Source of the DNA: Vitrella brassicaformis CCMP3155
Lineage: Eukaryota; Protista; Chromerida
Reading direction: 5' to 3'
DNA: 64,000 bases
Assembly: GCA_001179505.1 (NCBI GenBank)
Contig: CDMY01000226.1
Coordinates: 1-64,000, forward strand
In this document: positions 1 through 9,733 of the stretch, one piece after another
How the letters are laid out: every line of letters begins with the position of its first letter
Numbering within the stretch: the stretch's first letter is position 1
The notes under the pieces: generated by a model
Databases searched by the model: none
Told to the model about the DNA's origin: nothing
The model's input: only the letters and a program-made list of their open reading frames with translations
Program-made: the position numbers and the translations under genes

Positions 1-74
1 CCTTGATCTCGTCGCCGCCACAGAGACGCTCTCGCCGACCGTTGGATCACTCTCGCCGCTGAGTCCTCATTCAT
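1..74 (-). CDS. Probable 5' exon of an IQ-motif (calmodulin-binding) protein, running off the left edge
   Basis: Minus-strand ATG at 74 reads MNEDSAARVIQRSARASLWRRRDQ, matching the IQxxxRxxxxR consensus. It lies divergent to the SRCR gene. Only 24 codons are visible. Confidence 0.45.
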   Translation of the reverse strand, partial: MNEDSAARVIQRSARASLWRRRDQ

Positions 75-455
75 CTCCACTGGGGTCAACGCACAGCCCA
101 CCCGAGGGCAAAGCACGAGGGTGTCACTATGGCCGGTGCTTCCTGCGTAAGCCAATAAAAAAAGCGCACGAATCTGAACTGTCCCTCCTTCTCGTGAACC
201 GTCGCTCTGGCTCATCTGTTGCCTTAACGGGCAACGACAGCGATCCTCCACAGCCACTCTCATCTACCGACACGCTGCGCCCGTGTAAGCCCTGCTCTAA
301 CTCATTTGCCGAGCTCGCAAAGGGTCTGGCGCCCTGATGACATTCTAGCTTTCAGGACGTCATGGCGGCAACGGGCAAGGGAAGTCACAAGGCCCAACTT
401 TGCCTCCGTGATCTGTCCCCGCCCTTGTTCCTTCTCTCGTGTGTCGCCTGCTGCC

Positions 456-2517
456 ATGCACACCTCAACACAGCTGCTGCCCCTTCCTCTCTTCCTTCTG
501 CTGTCGGTGATGCCCGTCTGCAGCGCAGGAGGTGAGAAGGAAGGGGAACATCCTAGTGCAGTGGAAGCCAACCCGGTGGCCAACTCCTGATGCTGCCTGC
601 CTTTCTGCCTTTCTCTGTCCGTGTGCGCTGGCTGTGTGTGTGCAGTGCCGCCTCTGGGTGCCCTCCTCCCTCCCAAGCAAATGGAGGGCTGGGGCTGGGG
701 CGGGCGGGCTGCAATGCGGTGGCCATCGGCTGGCGGTGACGTGCAGTTGGTGCCGCATGAGGGCGCATTGCGGCTGGAGGATGGCCCGTCGGCCTTCGAG
801 GGGAGGCTGGAGGTCTACCATGAGGGACTCTGGGTGCGCCTCTACACACACACACACACGCTCCAAGACATCTGCTGTCGGTTCCCTGCAACCCAGTGTG
901 TGTGTGTGTGTGTGAGCAGGGTACAGTGTGTGACGACGAGATCGACGCCGCCGACGCTGACACTCTCTGCTCCATCCTCCTCCACCAGATGACCAACAAG
1001 ACCTCCTCACTGACGTCGGCAGCCTTCTACACCCAGCCGCCCACTCACCCATTCGCAGCGCCCTTCAGACCCATATGGCTTGACGACCTCCACTGCCCCA
1101 ACGGCAGCGGCACCAAGACAGTGCTCGACTGCTGCCGGCTGGACAAGGAGGAGGAGACCACCTGGCGGAGCCGATGGATTATGGCCTTCATGGGTGTGGG
1201 GCGGCGGGGTGGCGGTGGCGATGTGTGTGAGCCGATTGTGTGGGGGAAGGAGAACTGCAGGGGGCACGAGGAGGACCTCTGGCTCAAGTGTCACGTGGAC
1301 AACACTGGTTGGTGAGGGGAGTGAAACAAGGCGGACAGACAGACGGACACACATATACGCAGCGGGCCGGGCTGTGTTGCTTTGGTCAGATTGGCTTCCG
1401 TTGACGGGCTTGAGCTCAGCGGTCGACCCTCGCTCCGCCCGCTGTATGGCGGATGACCAGACCACTACCCGTAAGCACACCATTGCATTGACACACAGAC
1501 AGGCAGACGAAAACACCATACCCACATCACATGTGCTTCCTTCCTTTGTCTGTCTGCATGTGTGGGTGTTGTCGTCATGTCATCAGAGCGTCCACCCAAG
1601 CACCATGACCCGCCGCATTCGTCAACCAGCAACGGCAGCACCCCTTTCGTCCTCCCTCCCAATGTGCCCCCACCGCCCAAGAGCGGCCCGACAGCCACAC
1701 ACAACAACACACACACGGAGAGCACCAACGGCAACACCAATCGCACCAGTGACGGGGACGGCCGCGCCCCTGAGGATCACGCAAACCATCATGGTACGTG
1801 TGTGACGATCCCCACCAAGTATGCCGCCATGGCCATGTTGTATGGATGTCCTGTGGTCGTGTGTGGGTGGATGCAGTGGCATCATCAGCGGTGGAGGCGT
1901 TTCGTCTGGTCAACGGCAGCCACCCCCACGTGGGCCGGCTGGAGGTCCGCATCAACGGCCGCTGGGGCACCGTCTGCCTGCCCCACTTCGACTTCGCCTC
2001 AGCCCGTGTGGTGTGCAACAGCATGAGCATGACCACCCGCCCCTTTGTCAACGTCTACCCATGGATCGCCTCCCCCTCCCTCCCCCTCGCCCCGCCACAC
2101 ATGCCGGCCTACCAGCTCGCCCTCACCTGCAGCGGCAACGAGACCACACTGGCAGCCTGCAAGGGCGGGCTGAGAAAGGAGGAGCAGATGAGCAGCGTCG
2201 CGGCGACCACAAGCATGGCCGTCACGCTGACCAACAATCGGCCTGACCCCGCTGAGCAGGAGAGGCGCACCAGGATGCCCTTCAGGCGGCCGGTGCAGAG
2301 CGCCGGACAGGAGAGCGGTCAGGCGCAAGGCGCAGGAGCTGATACGGGCCTGCTTCTGTGCAGTGGGCACTACTTCGACGTCTGGGTGGAGTGTGGGGCC
2401 GATGGTGTGGGTGAGGCGATGGACACCGACCGAGAGGAGCGGCTGCAGAAGCCGGCGAGGGCCGAGGAGGGGGCAGATCAGTCAGACAGGAGCGTCACAC
2501 TCGGCGATGGCCCATGA
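456..2517 (+). CDS. Secreted protein with two scavenger-receptor cysteine-rich (SRCR) domains and a Pro/Thr/Asn linker (5 exons)
   Basis: Signal peptide MHTSTQLLPLPLFLLLSVMPVCSA. SRCR1: LRLEDG..EGRLEVYHEGLW|GTVCDD..IWLDDLHC..WGKENCRGHEEDLWLKC. SRCR2: FRLVNG..GRLEVRINGRWGTVC..ARVVC..LTCSGNETTLAAC. Phase-consistent GT-AG introns (e.g. 532-645, 834-919). Confidence 0.85.
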
Positions 2518-2692
2518 TGATCAGTGTGTGGTGGCCTTGCCTTGCCTGACGCCTCAGGCACTTGTATTTGTCGAAAAAGGTCGAGGTGTCTGCCTGTTTC
2601 TTGAAGCGAGAGCTGTGCCAGTCCAGTCAGACTTCCTTTCTCAACGGTCTCTTCGTGCACGCTGTTGTTGGGTGCGGGGGATGCATGGCGTT

Positions 2693-3203
2693 CGTTGTTG
2701 AGTGTCGCCTTTCGTCTGTCCCCTAGTAGTCCTAGGTTGGCTTCCCGCTACCCCTCCATTTCACCCGTGCTATGGTGTGTGGTGGGTCGGTGGCGGGGCG
2801 GCGGCCGCAGGACAGAGAGGACAGACCGAAGGAAGCTAGCAACACCCACACACACACCAGACAGACAGACAGACAGACAGACAGACCGGCCGTGTGTATC
2901 TGCTCGACATGAGACCCTCAGTCTGTCTGTCATCTCGTTGTTCCATTGGACACCTCCCGGCAGCTCTCTGGCCTGCCTTCTGTCTGTCATCACCTCCATG
3001 ACCTTGGTCTTTCGGTGCCGTGTGAGTGCTCTGTGGGACTGAGGTGGTGGCGGGGATGAGAAGCAAAGCGGGACAGAGAGCCGCAAAGGGCATGTATTGC
3101 TCAGAAATGAGAGCTACGTACATCGAATGTGGAGCCCGTGTTGATATGAGTGTCGGTGCCATTGACTGTATGACGTCAAGTCCATTGAACCGAGTCAGAT
3201 CTC
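2693..3203 (+). repeat. Dispersed ~0.5-kb repeat, copy 1
   Basis: Reverse-complement match to 17575-18046, with identical blocks such as TGGGTCGGTGGCGGGGCGGCGGCCGCAGGACAGAGAGGACAGACC and TCCATTGAACCGAGTCAGATCTC. Confidence 0.9.
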
Positions 3204-3404
3204 AGTAAGCACACATGCCAGCGTCCGACATGGACGATCACTCTTTCTCTCTTGCGCGAGGGCTCTTCTTTATCCCCAAGAGCGCAACCTTTTCTCTCTT
3301 GAGCACACACAAGAGAGAAAGAGTGGCGCCCTTGGGGACAGAGAAGAGTCCCATCTCGCGCCACGCCAGCCAATAGAGAGCACTAAGGATCTACACAGCA
3401 GGGG

Positions 3405-3751
3405 CTATGAGGATGTGGACGGCTCTGTCTTGATGATACCGACTGCCTTGAGGAGAGATGGAGCCAGACGCAGCGCCACCACATACGCTGCACACACAAA
3501 AACACAGTCAAGGCAAACACACACACACAGTGGTGAGTGTGAGGCAGTCCGTCATCGATATTCGATGTCTGGTGCATCTGACCTGCGAAGAACCGCAGCT
3601 TGAGGACGAGCTCTCGCTGCAGGACCGTCTCCTTCGGCTCTGACAGACGACGGACACGCAGTAAGACACCATAATGAGCATGAGATCCATCAGTTCTTAT
3701 GAAAGGGGTGCTTGTACCCTCACCATTGAACTCCTTCTTGAACGCAAACAT
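3405..3751 (-). CDS. TOM5: Tom5-like mitochondrial outer-membrane translocase subunit, 55 aa, 3 exons (3751-3724, 3639-3583, 3487-3405)
   Basis: Spliced product MFAFKKEFNEPKETVLQRELVLKLRFFAAYVVALRLAPSLLKAVGIIKTEPSTSS. Both GT-AG introns are phase 1 and keep frame. It aligns by eye with human TOMM5 ([26 protein letters not shown]) and yeast Tom5 (MF start, AAYV..L..P). Confidence 0.72.
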
Positions 3752-3824
3752 CGTCTTCCCTTAGTCTGTGCAGACTGGCGATCAGGGTTCGCGCCAGGGC
3801 GCGTGAAACTGATGCAGCAGAGCG

Positions 3825-5652
3825 ATGGCGGAACAGCGCATTCATCCGGCGGCGTCTGATGCCAGTCTGGATGCTGGGGTGGCCGAGCCAGAGACCATCG
3901 GCACAATCGTCGAGGCAGCCATTGTGGAGGCCAGGGCAGAACAAGCGCATGAACCAACAAGGGAGGAGGGCGGCGCACAGCAGGTTGGACAACAAGGCTA
4001 TGAAGGGTACGCTCGACAGCTCTCACACCCGTCCAGTCTGCGCCGAGCCCCCACTTCTGTCCTCACGGGCACACCGGAGCAGCCGCCAAGACCTGACGAC
4101 TCCCCCACACCCGTTCCCACGCCGCGGCCTGGCCTCGACAAGGCCGGGGGGAGTGTGGAGAGCATCGCTGCCAGCGAGTTGTCCAAGGCATGGCCGCTGA
4201 CCCAGTTCTTCAGCCGAGTGGGGACGATGTTCGCCCACACTCGGACGGCGGAGTTCCGTCGGGTGGTGTTGGTGGACCAGGAGGGGATGCCTTTCGAGGA
4301 GAAGATGCTGCAGAAACTCAAGTCGTGGGACGTCAATGGTGAGCGAGTGATTTGGAAGGCATGTGTGTGCATGCAGGTGCGTGTGTATGTGTGTGTGTGT
4401 GCGTGTCTCGTTTCAGGCGATGGCAAGTTCTCTCTCGAGGTGGGACTGACGTGTTGTTTGTGGGCTGCACTGCATGCTGCGGTTTGTATGGCCTGTTTGT
4501 CTTGATGCTGTCTGTTGTGCTGACTGATTGCACAGGAAGCGGCTTTCGCCGCGAAGGAGATGCTTGCTGAAGTGCGGAAGATCCAGCGGCTGCGGCTGAT
4601 GGTGTTTCTGTTCATCATTCTGTACGTCTTCACCGTGGGCATCATGCTCATCATACTCATCGCTGCCGAAGAGGTCGGTGACCCAAGACTCGCAGACAGA
4701 GCCATCCATAGGTTGCCTCCGTCCACATACGTGTGTGTGTGTGTGTATGTGTGTATGTGTATGTGTGTGTGTGTGTATTGTATGGGTCAGATAACGAAGC
4801 AGCACAAGCCTGATGCCAGTGGGACATTACGGACAACGGACAGGGCCCACTCCATCATAAGTCAGTGCGGGGCGTCGAGCATTGAGCATTGACCTGGCCG
4901 CCTGTTGTGTATTGACCTGGCCGCCTGTTGTGTGTGGCATGCAATGCATTTGTGTGTTGTTTCATTCTGCTTTCTTCCGATTGGCAGAATCGCACAACTA
5001 CATGGAGATGGCCAGCATCTTCGACCTCCTCGCCATCGACCTGATGGCCATATCGAACGTGAGCAGAGGGGCGCATCGCCCGTCTATTCGGCCCTCCATG
5101 TGTTGATGTGTGTGAGTGCAATGCATCTGTGTAGGTCGAGTACATATACTTGCCTCTCGATGATCAGTCCGAAGGCCTCTACAAGATATGCAGAGTGAGC
5201 GACTGACTGACTGGGTGGGCCACAGGCAGAGGCCTTCATTCGGTGTTTGCGTCTGTCTGTATCCTCAATCCTTGTGTGCAGGTGACACGGTCAGATTTGC
5301 AGGCCATCGCGTGGGTTGAGTTCGTGGATGGGGAGATACTCACCATACAACCAAGTATGATACGAGCAGCCCATGAGCACGAGAGAGACACCATATGTCT
5401 CCTTTTCTTGCGCCAGCTTCTGCGGTGCTCCATGATCCCGTCACGAACGAGGAGTTGGCGAGGTGGGCCGCGTCGCCCCCTCGCCGCTCCCTCCAGCAGA
5501 CCAACGTGTCCTGGCCATACTTTCCCGCAGACGGGGCGGCGGAGGCCGGGGCTGCCGCGGGGCAGCCTCCGGAGGGGGGCGAGGGCGTGGTGGACGAGAG
5601 CGCCCTCCACCCGCACTTCGGCTTCACGCCACTTGGGGACATTTTCCGCTGA
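3825..5652 (+). CDS. EF-hand-containing single-pass membrane protein (~7 exons)
   Basis: Splicing builds the EF-hand loop SWDVN|GDGKFSLE|EAAF, followed by the hydrophobic segment LMVFLFIILYVFTVGIMLIILIA. Stop TGA at 5652. Confidence 0.7.
4888..4933 (+). repeat. 23-bp tandem duplication inside an intron
   Basis: ATTGACCTGGCCGCCTGTTGTGT occurs twice in tandem. Confidence 0.8.
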
Positions 5653-6100
5653 TCGGCTGACGGCCTTCGGCATGTCGATAGCTGTAGGGAGATGAGACAG
5701 CGGTTGGCTGATGCTTCAGGTGTAGATGTATGTGTGTGTTTGTGTGTCTGTGTGTCTGTTGCCCAAAACTGTGTGTATTGGGGTGCCTGTGTGTTGCGAT
5801 GGGTGTTATGGAATCGACACCGAGTAGACAAACACGCCTGCATGGATCACTTAGACATTTTGTATGGGTGTGTGGATCTGGGCAGCTCCGCGACGTTGAC
5901 GGGCCTATTTGGAGCACGGTTGGACCATCGATGAGCTCAATCCAGCAACTGCATCATTGCTGGACAATCCATTTATTCATTAGCGGCACAGTCGTGTGCA
6001 GACCATTCCCTACTGAGCCAACCACAAACGACCGAGCCATGTCTCTGTCTATACTGAATTGCGGCAGCAAGAGAGAGAACTACCGTAATGCCTTTTGCCT

Positions 6101-9100
6101 CTACATTGCAGACGGCACTCGTGCTACTGGCGGCGGAGCGGTTGGCTCAGCGAATGTGGCGCCCATTAGCGTCGCTTTGGCCTTCAGAAGATAATCCCGC
6201 TCCTTCGCACGCGCCTGTGAATACGTGAGGCACATGACGACATCCCGAATGGGATCGTTCCTTGTGTGTGTCTCTGTACCTACCTGCTTTCTGGTGTCGT
6301 AGTTGCGCAGCAAGAAATCGCACGACTCGTGGAGCGAGGCCAGCTTGGAGTGAACGGCGTCAAAAGTCTCCCTCTCATCCCGTAGCTCTTTCTTTACTTC
6401 ATTCAGCTTCTGCAGGACAGAGGGAGGAAAGGGATACATGAGAGCGCTTAATCTTGCCGCTGGGGTCACCTGGTCCGCAGCTGCCTTGATGCCTTCCTGC
6501 TCGGTCATCTCCTTCATCCTCTTCTCCCACTGGTCTGTCCACTGAGCCATATCGGTCTGATAGGAGTCTACGTCGTTCTTTTCCTCTGTGTCGGCCACTG
6601 CCTGGGCCTTCCTGATGTCCGCTACCAGTATGTCGACGTGGTACAGGACATTTGTGGCGCCATCCTTCTTGCCACCGTACTCGCCTTCACTGAGGCAAGG
6701 ACCGACAGACAGACACATGAGCCATCCATGTGGGTGGCCTGTGTGTGCTCTCGACATACGGTGTCTCTGGGGGCGGCGGGACATCCACTGCTGGCGGCTG
6801 CTCTTTTTGTTGGATAAGAGATGTGAGTGGGCTGGATTCCTGCTGTCCATCAAAGGAGGAAGGAGGGCCTGCACACATCCGTGGAATAATATGCTCTTTC
6901 TCTCTCTCTTCTCATACCACATGTCACTTACCCGGCCTCTCTGCTCATTAGCGTCGCCCCTGCCGTCGATTTGCACCTCCGATGTCCACCCTCTCAGAAA
7001 TTGGTTCTTCGTCGGATGCTCCATTCGCAGCGGAGTCGACAAGAGAGCTTCCACCCTGGTACGGGCCTTGGTCGGTGATGTCAGCTGCAGAAACGAAATG
7101 CCCTCGAACACATGGCCCAGGTCGTTGGCCATACCCACTTGCTGCACACATGACCACCGAGACACATTGAGCGAAGATGCACACTGCCCTGCACCTGCTG
7201 CTGGAGCTTCTCTGCAGACAGGGATCGAGACAGAGTTCAAGAGGGCTGCAATAGAGTTTCCTCTGCCTGTACCTGCGGCGTAGTACTGTGCAATTCGATT
7301 TTTCGCCTTGCCAAGCAGCTCTTCAGCCTGCGTCCTTTCCAGGCCCTCATTCTGTCGACACGATAGACACACAGACAAACATGCAGTTTCATCTTCGCTC
7401 TCTGTCCTCATCGTACACATCACCTCATATTCCGCCTCTTCCGCAGCCCGGTTCTTCTGGGCCTCTTTCATGTCGCCATCGATCTGGACGATGGCGGCTT
7501 GTATTGACTGCATCTGAGCTGCCGCATCGGCCGCCTGCATCACACGCACACATACGGACGGACGAACAAGAGGGCAACCATTCATTTCTCATGCGGATGT
7601 ACCTCCTCTTTCACTGTCTCAACGTCGCTCAGCAGCTGTGAGATTGTCTGGCTCATCGTCACGTTCTCCTGTCGTGTGTTCGCAAGCTCTTCACTGCAGT
7701 AATCGCGATGCTGGTCATCCTTGTGCTGCTCATCGGCCATGGTATCCAGCACCCGATCGACCAGCCGCGCAACAGGCGCGAACTTGCTGCCGCCCTTAAC
7801 CCGTGGCTGTCCCTGTCTCTGGACCTGGCCAATGCCGGCACGCTGCATGAGTTGACTGAGGACGGCAGGGGGCAAGGAAGCGGCCAGCTGCATCAATTGG
7901 GCTTTGGTCAGCTGCTGTGGCTGCTGCGCGGGGAGGCCCACGGGGGGTGAGAGATGACGAGCAGCGGCCTTGTCGAGTTGGATGAGAGATGGGGCCGGCA
8001 CGGTCTTTTTGAAAAGGTCCAGCGCGTCGTCGTCATTAATTAGTTTGACGGTCTGCCGACGGCACCACACCACAGATATGCATGGATCACTTCTGCCCAT
8101 GCGTCTCACCTCACTGATGGCCTGAAACTCTTCGCTTCGTGACGCAGCACGAGCCTCGCGCTCCTGCATGTTCAGCTCGGCCATCATTACATTATGGCTG
8201 AGCAGGAAACATCATTGGCTCCTGCCGGTCGTCTCACTCACCTTAGCTTTGGTCTCGCAGCTGTTCACCAAGCCCTGGAGTGAGTGCTGATTGGCGGCAA
8301 GCCTCTCTTGTGCCTCCTGAGTGTGCCGTGTACACATACCATACGGTAAGTAAGGACATCGATGACAACGTCTTTTGTGAATGTGTGCTGACCTTCAGGT
8401 TGGTCTTTCGGTCCTGCTGCTTCATCTGTAGAGTTGCGTGGCGGTGGCTCTTCCGCTTGAGGGCCTGACAGGGGCAGAACACCCAGAAAGACACACCTGA
8501 CCGCATCATAAAGAGCGCCCGCGTGTATTAGCGAGCTGACCGCCTCTGCTGCCATTTTCTCCTCAGTCTTGGATTTGTGAAGCTCGTCGAACGCCTGGGC
8601 AGCTGCCTCCTCGCGCTTGTTCTCTGCAGCGACACATTATAACAGATAATACATTGACTGCCTTGCTCGGCGTGTCGGAGCAATCGCCAGCAAAGTGGTT
8701 GACCTTGTGCAAGGTCCTGCTCGAAGTTGTCCAGCATTTGCGCGAGCATGCCCAGGACCTCCAAAGACTGCGGGGAGTAGTCGCCGAAGGGGCTTTGCTG
8801 GCTGATCGCGCTGAGCACCTGCTGACTGCGGCTGCTGCCCGAGGCCTGACAAATGCCAATAGCACAGGGGGAAGATATGCATCACTTCATTCTCTCGGGC
8901 GTCAGGACCTGCAGCTGTGCCTTCAAGCTGAGGAGCTGCTGACTTCCCTGCCCATTGACAGAGGATGTTGGCCAGCACTCAGTGAGGTTTTGTCTCATAC
9001 CTGTCCCTGCTTGAGGATAGGAATGGCCTGTTTGAGGGCCGCAATGGATGACCTGAGGTCGGCGGCTTCGCTCTCGTAATCCTCCCTGTCGCGAGCCCTT

Positions 9101-9641
9101 CATAACACCAGAGCACAACGTTCAATGCCCTCCCGACTTGACTGCGGAGGAATGGCACCTGACTGCGGCGGCTTTTTTAGTTCTGCCGTGGTTTCTCCTA
9201 CTTCGTTTGTGAGGTCATCTATCTCCTGGCAGAACCGGCTGAGTGTGGCAGTGGTCTCCTTGATCTTCCCCTCCAGCTTTGGAATGGTCTCCTCATCCGC
9301 CTTAATTGCATCGCTGAGCTGACTTTGCGTGGCTGACAAAACACACCCGGCCAAGTATTCATTGCTCTGTGTGGGTACCTGTCGACTCGTGTGTACCTTT
9401 GCAATAGCACGCATGTTTGTCGTACAGTTGGTCCTGTGGAAATACAACGGCAGGCAGAGTCTGTGGGTCTCTCATGAAATGAACTGACCTCCTTCAGGGA
9501 CTCCTCTTCGACCTCCTTGGCCAGCGCATTCAATAGATTAACCACCTTCCTGATGGGATTTGGACCGGAAAGCGCAGTGCTACTAGCCGATTGCTGCCCC
9601 CCGAACACACCGATTGCCAGAACAGACAGCCAGGCCTTCAT
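6101..9641 (-). CDS. Secreted long coiled-coil protein resembling an abundant dinoflagellate/myzozoan hypothetical family (many exons)
   Basis: Leader MKAWLSVLAIGVFGG. Motifs NPIRKVVNLL, KE|DQLYDKHACYCK, YSPQSLEVLGMLAQM, KLINDDDALDLFKKT, DQHRDYCSEEL and LHESCDFLLRNYDTRK|ARAKERDYLLKAKATLMGA. Family resemblance is from memory, not a search. Confidence 0.7.
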
Positions 9642-9733
9642 TTCAGGGCGCTGTAAACACTGGCCCGCGACCCAGATCGCTTTCTCCTCACTGTGCGCCA
9701 AAACTGGAAACCTGCTCATTTCTGGCGTGAGGG

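Noticed and set aside
306-455. Upstream extension of the SRCR ORF
   Set aside because: The signal peptide starts at ATG 456, and the upstream sequence looks like UTR/promoter.
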